From Trichosphaerium sp. ATCC 40318 (lineage: Eukaryota > Protista > Tubulinea): 64,000 bases of DNA. The notes beneath the pieces were generated by a model. The model did not search any database and was not told where the DNA came from. It saw nothing but the letters and a program-made list of their open reading frames with translations. Each line of letters begins with the position of its first letter. Position 1 is the first letter of the stretch. This document shows, piece by piece, positions 13,459 to 26,622 of the stretch. Location: assembly GCA_038496445.1 (NCBI GenBank), contig JALMLS010000179.1:62001-126000 (forward strand). Reading direction: 5' to 3'. The translations under genes were made by a program, and so were the position numbers.

Positions 13459-14942
13459 TTAAATACAAGGTTTGAGTGCTGAATATCTTCCTAGAACTTT
13501 TTCTGTTTCTTCCAATGAAGCCTTTTTGTTAAAGAAACAATAAATCAAAAGGTCATATTATGTAAGTGCATTGAAATTTACGTACTCCTTGTGGGTGATG
13601 AACCAAAATTGGTTTATGTCTATTTCTGCAATAAAATTCGCTGTTTCTCCAAAGCTCAAGGTCTGGGGCATACTTGTTAAACCTTTTACTAGATAAGTAC
13701 CACAAAACACTATTTGATATTAATTAGAAGTGATATACCTTCTAGCTGGATCTCTCATATCACCGTTGTTCTCACATTTTCCTAAAGGATCTTCATCATC
13801 TGAAAAGAGCTTTTGTACAAAATCACCTAAATAATATTGTTGTCAACAACCTGCCTAAAGATTTTTATTTACCGAATCCAACGTCATCCCAAACTCTTCT
13901 TTCACATGTTGTCTCCCATAAATACCAATTATGATTTATTTTGTCAAGTGCCTTCCGGCTCAGAATCCACCCTTAGCTTAAGTCAGTTAAGTGACAAGGC
14001 TTTTTTTTTTCTTTCACAAAACCTGCTCCACCATCAGCGTATACTATGGTATTCTTAGGGTTCATGTGATTGAGTCTATGGTATGAGAATCTTTCAGGCG
14101 TATTTTCATTATACATCCAATAAACACAGTGACCAAAGTAATGGAATTTGTTTGAATCGTAATTTTGCAAGAAATCCAATAAGTTTTGCTTATGAATCCA
14201 AGTATCATCCACAATACGAACAAACCATTTATGATGTTTATATTTTTTATCGTTGAATAGATGGGTATAGAAAAATCTATCTTTGCAACATAAACTCTGA
14301 TACTCACTTCCACTAATGAGAGTTACACAAATGTAATGTAAAGTTCAAAAAAAAACTACCAGTCACCCCATTCTTTCTTTGCAATCAAGTAATCAAACTT
14401 CGATCTGTTTGTATTAATAGGCACGGTATCACTATAAGTTATTAATATAAACTTTCAGTAGTACGTTCAGGCGCACCTAATGAATACAACTTCATCTTTG
14501 TCCCAATGTTTAGCCCATGATTTTGCGATAGAAGGATATCTAGCATCAAAAGTTCTAACTATCATTAGTCTTCAGCGCAGTGCTCTTACACGTCACGTGC
14601 TTTCCACTTGTCAAAACGCCCACAACTACATCTTTTGAAGAAAGGCTACCGTCAATAGATTCCTTATCAGTCAAAGTCTCATGAGCTCTTTGACACAACA
14701 GCTCGTCAGCGCGGAAAATAAACAAAAAACAGAGATTGAACGTTGTACCTCACGTTATACCACGTGGACATAAATTCATCGTGTGAGGCTATCAATATCA
14801 ACGCGTATATAACCAACGCAGCGACAACAATGGTACAAACGTGCGTAAGATTGAATTTCAGATTATTTGCGCTAGACCGACTAAAACCACCTTAGACAAG
14901 TCTAAAACGATGTACATACCTCGGGTTAAGCTTAATACGCAT
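13459..14942 (-). CDS. GT31 (Fringe/C1GALT-like) glycosyltransferase
   Basis: WFVRIVDDTW...NLLDFLQNYD...YFG and YADGGAG motifs. Start is approximate. Confidence 0.75.
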
Positions 14943-15233
14943 AGTCTAAGCAAAATGGACGGGAATAAAGCCTAAACAATGCATGTAGCATTCAACAATT
15001 TTAAACCTGAGATTTTCCTTCGCATATCCAGATTGCGTGTCTAACGCATAATTTTAACAGCCTAAAGGCTCCACAGTCTTAGTTGTTGCAACGCAGTAGG
15101 TTGTACATAGGTTGCATGGGAAATTGCTCAGCAGGAAATAAAAGATCAAAAGGAAACACCTCAGGTTTAAATATAACAGCCACTAATCCGAGGATACCAG
15201 AACAAGAGTAAGCAACGGTAAAAAAAACTTGAC

Positions 15234-16214
15234 ATGGCATTTACGGTTGTTAGGTTTAAAGTATTGATCATTGGTGATGCTGGTAACGTTACAACGTGTA
15301 TAGGGCTATCTGACAATACATAGGGGTCGGTAAAACATCGATGATGCATAGATACGCAGTACGGTTACTAAAAAGTCATCAAAGAGTAACTTACGGCGTA
15401 GAGTGGCACTTTCAGTGATGCTCCCGAACCTACAACGACAGATTTTATTAAAACGACTAAAAAATGCAGAGGCAAAGACGTTAACCTTACAATAGTACGT
15501 ATAAACGTCGTTTTACTTTTTTGTAGTTTTATGTTTACCCATCAAAAGTTAATAATTAAAAAATACTCTAGTATGACACAGCAGGCCAAGAGCGATTCCG
15601 AACAGTACGACGCAATGACCTATTTTCGATTTTCTCTCAAGAAATCACAAATTCCGCTTTTTTCCCAAATTTCTGTGTAGACTCAATGCTCAATGTGCTT
15701 TTGTTAAAGACTTTGTTTAGATTACTTCTTCGTTTTATAGAGGCTCAAATGGGGTTTTCATCGTATTTGATTTAAGTGAGTAATCAAACAATTTAATTTC
15801 TTCAAAAAAACCATAAAAAGGAGCTCGTCGCTTTCTCGATTGACTTTGTTTTTTCGAATTAGTATTTGCTGTCTCTCTAATTTGTTATCAATAGGTAAGT
15901 CTGAAACATTTACAAATGTTCCTGGTTGGGCAAAAGAAATCGAGAGATATGCAAGTGATGATGTTATTACAGTATTAGTAGGGAATAAGAAAGATCTAGG
16001 ATTTACAGATAATTCCGCTGCGCACAAGGTAAAGAGTTGACCTTGTCATTTTTCAACTTTGTGAAACATGATTTTTTTGTTGACTGTACCTTATGATTCT
16101 TAGGAATGGGCTAGTGAAAATAATATGTTGTATATTGAAACTAGTGCTAAAGACGATATAAATATAAACCAAGCATTTTCATCGTTATGCTCAAAGATGA
16201 TGGATAATGTTTGA
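15234..16214 (+). CDS. Rab-family small GTPase (Rab1-like core, no C-terminal Cys motif)
   Basis: GDAGVGKTS, YDTAGQERFRT-ITSSFYRG, VGNKKDL, ETSAK. Confidence 0.9.
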
Positions 16215-16427
16215 AAAAAGAAAAACGATTTATACTAATCATCCTTTTGTTCAAACAATAATAGAGTGATAGAACTATCACAAACTAAAACACCCTCATA
16301 ATACTACTATTTGTTGCTGTATATTAGCAACTACTCTTGTAAATTGTATCCAAAACAATAATAATAAAAAAGCTCAGCGCGATTGGAAGTTTTGATTTTA
16401 ATTAAGTTTTACAAGATTTGTTTTTTT

Positions 16428-18994
16428 TTAGTGTACAAGGCTAACAACGTTTGAAGTTTGTTGCATTAAGATACCACTCATATTGAGTGTATCAGTTGGT
16501 GCCCCAATCAATGGATTTACATTCTTTGATTGTTGTAGATTCAGATCAGGTTTATAGAAGTGTATAGTGTTAATGATAGCGTCAATATCTCCTTTCCACC
16601 TAAAAATAAAAATAAGAATAGAAAAAAGTGAGAATCAACTCGTACCAGTATGGTATAGGAACCAAAGTAATACCTTTAAAATAATATAAGATAAGATACA
16701 AAACGTATGAGACTATACATACCAGCTTTACGGCACATTTCTGCCTTTTCGGAGTCTTTTACTTCAATCGCAGAAGAAGGTGTATTATGAGGTATACGAT
16801 CAGTGTAGTGTTGTTCTCCTTGGTATTCCAGTGCAAGATTATGCTTTGGAACAAATACATCTACAGATAGCGATTTACCTGAAGCGTTGCGTGTGCTAAC
16901 TAGGTGTTCTTCTTCTACTTCTAGTCCAGGGAAGATTTTTTTTACACATTGCAACAAATCCCTGTTCAAAAAAATCCATAAATATTTAAACGTTTGAGAA
17001 CACGTGCTCTCCTATGACGTAAATGCTGGTTTGTAGTTTTTTTGGTAAAATATATTTGTAGAATAAAGCAGGCGTAGAAAAATGCAATGAAATCCGTACC
17101 TTTGGCTTAGTCTAGCACATTGCGAAAAATTTGACATATTCCATAAGAAATTTGGATGTAGCGTTCTTAACACCGTAGGAAAGTGTTTCATAATTCCCTT
17201 AGCGCCAACATTATGCATACCCTGCCAACCAATACGGTACCTATTAATCAAAAATCAATAAAACAAACAAAGAAATAATTTTGATTAAGTATTTTTATAC
17301 CATCCTTCTGGGCTTGAAATAGCGAACTTCTTTTCAATATTTTGTAAGAAGGATATTTGGTTTGATGGCTTATCCCAATAATTATGTGGCTTCGTTTCTC
17401 TGGAACAACATTAGAATAAATAGATGAAATAAAAAAATTTTGAACAAGTACGAACTTTAACTTCCACGTGTAGTCAGGAAAGACTAGCTTGAGTATAGCA
17501 GCTATAGAAAACTTATGCCTATTCACAAAATATTAACATCTACTTTAAGAAAATTGTGGTACCTTGCAAGAAACCCTGAACCTCCTAATGCAGCAAACTC
17601 TTCATACTTTACAGTTTGTAATCCCTCTAAAGTTTTCATATCAAGAATTTCCGTTATCTGGTTAATCTTGCTTCTGATATTATCTAAATCATCCCAACAC
17701 CCCATAGGCACTGTTCTATACATAATCATTAAAAAATTTCCAAAACCAGATCGCATGTGCGACTAGTAAAACGGCAGAAATATTTTTTGGAATTCTTTGA
17801 AAAAAATAAAGAATTACTTACTTGTATCTCCATATTTCCCAGTTAAACTCGGGGTACACCACAGGCATATTTGTTGGTATACCCTTTGTTGTAAAACGTC
17901 TAAATTAAAGCAGTATATAAGTATACTTCAAGGAGACATTAAAAAAACCCTTCAAGGTTATTTATACCTCATAGGAGGCGTTATGACTCCATCAGCAGGC
18001 GTTGTAGTATTCGCTCCTTCAGAGTCGATATCATACCAATCATCTAGCGTTTTAATATTCAATGTCTTACCAACAGCATCATAAAAGCGTCTCTTCTTTG
18101 CAAAATCATCATTAAAGAACCAAGGCTTCCATTTATGCTGTGGGTATATAGCTTTTAGTGCCTTTGCAATGCCACCATTGTATCTATTCAAGAAAAGCAG
18201 TAAGCGCCAAATAAACAAAAAAAAAACATAGAGAACAATCCAAAAATAAAAACCAAAACACGCAATGTGTTGGCTTTCTCGACGTAAAAGTAAAAAAAAA
18301 TTACACAAGTGTCACAATGTCAATGTGTCAAAATGTCATTTGACATTTCAAACAAAATGATGTGTCTCTAAGTGGAGATGCTTTTTACGTACAATCCCAT
18401 TACCCCACGGCCGCCTATATGGCACAAGTGATCGTTTGAGTACTTATACCAATCATCAAGACAGTAAATTGTTAATTCACGTGCAAACTCGTTAAATCTA
18501 TCTCGTTGATTGTCTATATGGGTCCAATGATGTTTAGGCGCCATTCTAGTAATGTTAGGAGCAATTTTGTGCCTGTTGAGTTTTTGCGTACTGAAACTTC
18601 CATTTAACCCAATTGTGAGCGGGAAACAATGCAGAGAGCATACCTGATACACTACCGTTGTAGCTAGAAACTATTAACTGATTCTCAAGTGTTCATTGTT
18701 TAAATACATCGATAGTATGCGCCACGAGTTCCCATCTTGGCTAATTTCCTTCCAACCAAGTTTATAGAACTCATCGAGTATTTTTAATCCAAACTTCTCT
18801 GCAAGCTCTTGAATACGATTTCTTTGATGTACATCATAAATCCAATGACCTCTAGCCTATAGTTTTTAGAAGCTATGCTGATTGTCACAATTACACGTTT
18901 AAAACCTCACCTTACGCTGTGCATCTTTACCGAGCTTCTTTCGCCGTGTACGTCGCCTCTTTACAACATCCACTAGCCTTACTCCTCTGTACAT
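16428..18994 (-). CDS. Helical-repeat protein with C-terminal PD-(D/E)xK/RAP-like domain
   Basis: Repeats of HW...NQR..F...A..L.I..LDDWY......GG.G......L..IYP.H.W. C-terminus VDVFVPKHNLALEYQGEQHY...KDSEKAEMC..AGITLV.IPYW. Confidence 0.7.
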
Positions 18995-19131
18995 AATCTC
19001 ATTAGTTGATCAACACATTACCTGGGTATGTATGACGCTTTTACGACACAAAGTGGGCCATTTTTGGGTTTGACTGGAAAAAACGGTTTGGGACAACTTT
19101 TTAATAGTAAACGTACACCACGCGATACACC

Positions 19132-21465
19132 ATGGGCAGTACTCAGCGTTTAATTACTACTGCAGAACTTGCTAAACATAACACGGCAAGTGACTGTTGG
19201 CTTGGAATTCATGGTAACGTCTATGACCTCACAACGTTCCTTGCGGATCATCCAGGCGGTGCCAATATTTTATTGAAGTATGCTGGTACAAACGCCACAT
19301 ACGCGTTTACCCAGTTCCACTCCCCTACGGTAATAGACATGCTTGACGATAGTATGTGCGTAGGTAAACTGGATGAAAACATCGAGGAGCAGAAAAAAGC
19401 ACATGAGGCTGCTAAACGAAAAGACTTGGTAGAGTGGTACTACAAAACGTACAATACGCTTTTCTTACCGTTCAAAAGGCGCAAGAAACGTGAAAAGTTG
19501 CCAGACCTGTCAAAGTACCTAAACACCTTTGACTTTGAAGCTACAGCTGAATTAGTGATGGAGAAACCAGGTAACGTCGTAATCCGTGTCAAGCCAGAAT
19601 TGCAACATTTTACAAAACAAAACAGATAAAGGAAAAGTCTGTAACATCTTCTTACGCGCGTAGAGCTCAAATCTGCTTTTGAAATATTTTTTAAAAGGGA
19701 AGGGGATAAAAAAGTCTTTTGTTCCCAATTTTATTAGTAAATTAGTAATTCGAAAATTGCGTGCGCCCTCTGGTGCCACGTTTTTTTCAACAAACTAAAC
19801 AGAAACTAGAAATAATTTTTAGGGTTTTTTTTCATTTGTTCGCTTTGTGCATTACTCTTTTGCTCATTGGTATTTTTAAGGATGGCTATATTATGCTTCT
19901 GCTGCAGATGATGAAATCACACATCGAGAAAATCATGACGCTTTCCATAGGATATGGATGAGGCCTCGTGTAATGGTTGACGTCTCAAAAATTAATATGC
20001 GCACAAAGATTCTTGGTATTGAAAGCTCTATTCCTTTGTATATATCTGCTGCTGCGCTTGGTCGTTTAGCACATCCAGATGGTGAAGTACGTCGCGCATA
20101 TTGTACTAAAAATTACTAACAAAAACCAAAAAGACTCACGAAATGTCTAACGAAATGTTAGCTAACTTTTCGCTTTTGTGGGTTTTTTTAAACTACAGTT
20201 TAAAGAATTTTGACGTTCTCTTGTAGTTATGTTTATCTCGCGCGTCTAATAATGAAGGAGTCATACAAATGTTATCTACAATGGCGAGTTGTTCTTTTGA
20301 TGAATTAGCAGCGGCAAGGTAAAACAACATCTAAAACCAACGGATTTACTGACTCTTTCGTAAAGAGGTAAAAATCAAGCTCATTTCTTCCAACTATATG
20401 TCAACAGTAACAGGAGTATCACTGAAGATCTTGTACGTAGAGTAGATAAAGCAGGTTACTCAGCACTTTGCGTTACAGGCACGTCAAAAACATTTAAAAA
20501 AAAATCACGTGACTCGAGTGATGGTGTTGTTTTTTTAATTTTTCTCCGTTTTAGTTGATCTTGCTGTACCTGGTAAACGAGAACGTGATAGAAGAGGGAA
20601 AATTGATATCGCTCCACCTGCTAATTATAAAAATGAAGGAAGAGTAAAAGATAAAGGTGTTATAGAATCACTTTCAACATTTTTTGATCCTTCATTATCA
20701 TGGAAAGATATCGCTTGGTTACGTTCTTTAACTACAATGCCTATTGTTTTAAAAGGTATTCAATGTGGTGAAGACGCAGTGTTAGCAGTAAAATACGGAG
20801 TACGTCAAGTCAAAGATTTGTTGGAAAAACACTTCATTGGTTTCCAAGCGCTTTCGATGGCCGATAGTATATGTTTACTTTTATCTTACAGGTTGATGGT
20901 ATAATACTATCCAACCATGGCGGTCGCCAAGTAGACACGGCTAGATCTGCTATAGAGATACTACCTGAAGTGATGGACGCCCTGGACAAAATTAACGCAA
21001 AAGATAAACTTGAAGTTTTATTAGGTAATAATAAAACAACTCATAACTTTTCTTCTCTTTGTCAAATAATTTACAAAATTTTATAGATGGTGGTGTCAGA
21101 CGTGGTACTGATATTTTCAAGGCTCTCGCACTTGGTACGAATACCACAAAATGAAACAAAATTAGTTTGTTTTTTTGGCTTGTTTTAGAGAAAATAATGA
21201 GATTATAGGTGCTAAAGCAGTTGGTATTGGTCGCCCAGCATTATTTGCAATGGCTACACACGGTCAAGAAGGTGTAGAGCATCTGATCAAGATTTTTAAG
21301 GAAGAATTAAAGATAACAATGCAGCTTATGGGTACACCTTGCTTAGATGATATAAAGCGCGAAATGGTTATTACTACAGATCTAGCAAGGCATATGAGTA
21401 CACGTCCTACAGATTGGTTGGCTTCAAACTCTTACAGGCCATTATTACTTGCAAGTAAAATGTAG
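19132..21465 (+). CDS. CYB2: Flavocytochrome b2 / L-lactate dehydrogenase (cyt b5 heme domain + FMN alpha-hydroxy acid dehydrogenase)
   Basis: HPGG heme motif, RPRVMVDVS, LKGIQCGEDA, ILSNHGGRQ, DGGVRRGTD, GIGRP. Confidence 0.9.
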
Positions 21466-21877
21466 ACAATTTTTTCTAGTTTGTCAGTACTTTTTTTGGA
21501 TCAAGTGCCTGACATACGTGTAATGATACTTTATATATGTACGAATTTAATAACAGTAACAAAATATAAGCTATCCATTCTTCAGACACTCTTCTTCATT
21601 GTTTGCTCGAATAATATTAGACATTCAAAAACACTTAATCGTTTTTTGTTTGACGTAATTGCAGTGAGAATACCATTGGCGAGCAAAAAACCTGAACATA
21701 CTAGTTTTCCACGATTGATAGTCCAATTCAAACTTGAAGGATTACTAGCGTATTACGTTATGTTGTTTTGAAGAGCCACGTGGCAAGCTGATGAGTCACT
21801 AGTATACTTCACTGATTCTAAAAATAAACGCAAGTTGTGTACAGTGTCGTGCTCTATTGTCATATCTTGGTATAAAG

Positions 21878-24800
21878 ATGGCAACACATTATAAAGTATC
21901 AATATATTTCTTACAAGTTCTGTTACTATGGTTCGCATCCTCTTCAGGAAAGTACGTCTAACTCGGAAACTCCATTTGACAATATTTTATAACTCATACT
22001 CTATCAGCGAAGTAACAAGCTCTATAATAAACATCTTGCGAGAAGCTTCTGAATCGTGTGAAGTGGTACCAGTTTTTTTTTTTTTTGGGCACGTGCCTTA
22101 TAAAAACTGATCTAATGTTAGGATTGTGATGTCTCCAATGTAGAAGAGCTCATACAATCTTCAATGTTTACCATTAATTTCATTGGGCCAAAAGCTACTG
22201 GTATGCCTTTTTAGTTACCTGAAGCACTTTTTGAGCAGTTTGGACGTGTCTCTTTTTGTAAATTATAATTTTTTGCTGCGTACCTCCCAACCAGGATCTC
22301 ACGGTATGGGAAGTATCAGCGTAATATTACCAGGCGTATATGAGCTTTTGGATGACCAGTGTCAGGAGTAGAACCTCGCGAAAAACTAGTTTTTTTTATT
22401 TTTATGTCAACATGATTTCTTTGTTGTGGATATCCTGAAAGTATATAGAAGGCGGGGGGCTACTTTTATGTCATCTCGTACTTATCTGGAATGGAAAAAA
22501 CAAAACAGCTTTTCGTTTTAAGATACATACTTCGTTTCATTTGCACTGATACTCTCAAAGGAAAAACGACTACAATTAATGCAATTATTGGCTATCAGTT
22601 ACTTCCTTCCAACTTTGAAGTGAAGGCAGGTTGTCCTGTTCTTCTTACTCACGGCGAAGTTCCCAAACCCGTTCTCCGTACTGTCAATCGTATTTCATCA
22701 AAGGTGGAGTTTCTTGCTAGTGGCAAAGTTGGTGTACGAAAAATGTACTGCTAAACAAATTTTGTAGCTCGCTTAATACTCATTTCTTGATCCTAGGCTA
22801 GCTCAAGTTCAGTCAACTGGGCAACATGTTGATTTCCTGGCAGAGAAGTTGGAAGTTGAAGAGTACTTGGATATTTACTCAAAGCTGGGTGATCAGTTTA
22901 AACTTGGTTTATACGAGACTGGTGACTTGGAAAACAAGTATAGATCTAATGTAGCTAATTTTTGCAAACAACAAGTACGTTATCGTTGAACCAATAGATT
23001 AAAGTAGAACCTAATAACAGTAGTCACTTGCATATTTTGAACGTTCTGACGCTATTGTGCTGGTACTCGCCTATAACACTCTCGAATCAATAAGTACAGC
23101 AGAAACTGTTAAACGTTTGATAAGACTTCGAAGCCAATTTTTTTCGAATCCACAGAGAAGACTCTTTGTGCTTATCAATATGCTGAACGTTTGTGAAAAG
23201 GCGGAAGAAGTCAAAGATTGTAAGACATTGGAAAGAGTTCAAGCACGAGATTTTCTTAGAAAAAATGGAGTTCCCATTGAAATGACACAAGTATATCCAG
23301 TCTCGGGGCTTCCTGCATTGCTCGCTAAACAATGTATATCTGCAGGTAAAAAACGCAAACCCCAAATAATGAAGAAGTTATCAAAGTACGGTTTTGTCTT
23401 TTGCCTCCTCTACTGACTGTATTACAACACCAGATTTACTCAGGATCCTGTAAAAACAGAGGAAGATTGCCATAAAGCTTGGAAAGCTAGTGGATTACCA
23501 GATTTTATAGAAAGCATAACGTCGTTTCTGGATAATGAAATAAGTACCTCTAAATTGTTGTTTCGTGCTGAAACAGCGATAACCGCAGTAGAGAAAATGA
23601 AAAATTCCAGCATATTGTTATTGTCAAACCAAGAAGCCGTACTAGCTCACAACTCTGAAGTTACTGAAGACATAAACACAATATACAATAGAGTGACTCA
23701 AATTGGGACACAAGTTCAAAAGATGATCCAACGGGCAGAAAACGATAAAAAATCTTGTCTCGAAGCTTCCAGTGACTTGATAGGCAGCGGTTCAACAGAG
23801 GATATCAAAAAAATTCTTAAACAATTGAACTATGCAGCAGAAATAACTGAAAATCACATTTACAAAAGCTTAAGTAAGAGTAACTCGAAAGCTGCTGAGT
23901 TAAACGTGGAGTTAGAAGCAATCCATGCGCGTATCCATAGATTTCAAAACACTTATCCAAAAACTCCAGATCTCAAATCAGGGCAGGTACCAAACTTGCG
24001 CGGTACATCATACAAAGGTAATATCATATATAATTCGTATAAAGTACAAGAAGTACAAAGGCATAGTTGTGACCATTGTGGAATGGATTGGAATGGAGGC
24101 TGTAAAGAATGCACATGGAATGTGTATCATGTGGATGAGGAAAACGCGGCACTACTTCGCCAAGAAGATTGCCGAATACTAGAACAGAAAAATCTAATAG
24201 CACTTAAAAAAGGTTCTGATAAGTTGGCGTCATGGGCTCTTAATGTGAAATTACATTTCAAGCAAAAAACAAACTCTGCCCTTCATAGAAAACGTGAGTT
24301 GGAAAGGAGTTTCTCAGAATTATCTGAGAGCTTCTTTGATCTTACAAAGGTGTTAAAATCTATAGAAGGTAACCTCGAAACCTACAGCAAGTGGAAATGT
24401 AAAACTGCAAATTTTTTACAGGAGCTATGCAAGGTACAGATAAAAAAGTAAGAAAAAAGTTTAGTAACATCACTTAGCAAGTCATATTGGCAGCAATCGT
24501 GAGTGAGGGATCATATTATTACGGCTCTGACTTGCATAAAATAATGCAACCCAGAAAGCTATCCAAACATGTTGCTTTTGTAGAACAAAAGAAACGTGAA
24601 CTGCATGCAAGAGTGCTCCAGACGGACGATGTCTACATTGGTTTTAGGGGTTCTACATTCTTGAATACATCACTTAGCTAACAGCGTATTAAGGAACACA
24701 ATTTGATGACAGCGAAGATCTACTAGTGAATGCTAAATTTGTTCAAACTCCCTGGGGTTCCGGTGGTGTGCATACAGGTTTTTATAATGCAGCGAAGACT

Positions 24801-25536
24801 GTTAACATAGATGTTATTTTAAAACATCTATTCAAAGGTATAAATATCTTTCAGTTTTTCGCCAGTTTATTCTGTATTAAGGTAGGCACGTGTACTTGAC
24901 AGGACATTCTAAAGGTACAATATTCATAAATTTAAACTAAACTCAAGTTCTTTTAAACAGGTGGAGCTATTGCAGCACTTGTTGCTCTTACAATTATAAT
25001 GGAACACGCTCTAGCACCTAAATACTATGAACAGTTGACAGTAATAACCTTTGGTATGCCGTTGATAGGTAGAGAGGTTGAAAAAGTAGTACAGAAACAA
25101 GGGCTAGAGAACATGTTCCACTTCTTTGTGAACAAGGTACAAAATCACGTGTTTTTTTTTTATTGTCACCTTATTTTTTCTAAAGGAAGATTTCATACCA
25201 GGCATTACGCTTCAACCCAAGGATTTTGTTGAGAAACTAAAGAAAGGAAGGGGCAAATCATGGTTGAATATTATTTCGTCGTATTTTCCTGCAAATGTGA
25301 ATGAGGCAGCTGCTAATTTAATTGACTATGCTCCTTTTGGACATTACTATGGACTAGAAGAAGACGGCACAATTCAGAATATTGCCGACAACAAAGTTTT
25401 GGAATATATCAAAAAAGATGTACAGCAAGTTAATGCAAATGTATATGAATACCACAGAATGACAAACTACTACTTGTCTGTAGCTGGCGTGCCACATAAA
25501 ATAAACATGTGTGATGGGAAAAAATGTAAAGTGTGA
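21878..25536 (+). CDS. Signal peptide + dynamin-like GTPase + coiled coil + class-3 lipase fusion
   Basis: GPKAT-GKTTTINAIIGYQLLPS P-loop. A phase-0 44-nt intron at 24434-24477 joins it to a lipase with YIGFRGT, VHTGF, TGHSKGGAIA, ITFGMP, EDFIP, YHRM. Confidence 0.7.
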
Positions 25537-26039
25537 CCCATTGGCACTACTAATAAACAATGATATTTGTGGACTGCCAGGTGCTTGTCACTACTCTTTC
25601 GCTGTGTATATTTTAAAAAGAACGGAACTCTGTCTCGAACATGAAGGTGCATATCTTATAGTACAATGGTTTTTTGGAGACGTTGGTGACATCCTAGTTG
25701 TAGTTTACAAAATATAACAAAGTCTTGTTAATTGCCGAGTTAATGTCAGTAATCTATAGGTTATTGAATCAATGGTAGAAACTCTTCACAAAGGGCGCGA
25801 TTGCAGATCATATCATTTTTCAAAAAAATTCACGTTCCACATTGACTTAATCCTTATTTCTGCTCAAGTGATATTTTGCCTACTGACATTTTTACGGCTC
25901 CTCCATGCTTTATGATGAAACTTTGTGTTACTCTTTAGTCGTTGTCTTTCTGTTAAGGTCCACAGTTCTTTGAATGGCACTGTCTTGAGTAAACTTCATA
26001 AAACTACAGCAAATCAAACAACACCAAAAAACTTCAACT

Positions 26040-26346
26040 ATGCACGCAACTCTTATTATTCTCTTTGGTATCACACTTGCCACCATTGCATTTTCTTGTG
26101 ATTTAGAAGGCACTCAAGAATGTGCCCTTGCTTTTTCGGATTGTATTGCTCTTGTTTCACCGTACGACAAGTGTTTCAAAGCTAGGTTCTTTTTACAAAT
26201 GGATTTGTAGGACCGAGCATTGTACTTGTTACAAGAACGATATTTCATGTCTTCAAGCTATCGGATGCCAAGGCGAACCAGTATGGAACAAACTTGTAGC
26301 AGTTTGCCAAATGTCGTTTATATGTCAAAACTGTACTGTCTGGTAA
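26040..26346 (+). CDS. Small secreted 10-cysteine peptide (85 aa, one intron at 26162-26210)
   Basis: Signal peptide MHATLIILFGITLATIAFS followed by a Cys-rich mature region. Intron is GTACG...TAG. Confidence 0.75.
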
Positions 26347-26622
26347 CCCTCAACCAATAAATACTTGCACTCTCAACTGTCATTCACGCTTTGTTTATCG
26401 CAAATTCACTGCTTTAGAAATTAATGGGCCTCTGTTGTAGCCTCACAGAGCTCACAATATCATTCGATTTTTTTTTTGAGTTTTTGTTCAGTAAGAGTTC
26501 AACAAGGTAGACTTTAAATTGACTATGTGTAGACCAAAACAGTGGATTTATTTATATACATTGAATACAAACAAAAAGAGAAGATCAACATGTCTTACCT
26601 AAGTTTGCACCATTTTTTTGAA

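Noticed and set aside
22430-22450. Antisense TATACTTTCAGG similar to the U3 5' end
   Set aside because: Box A and boxes B/C/D are missing.
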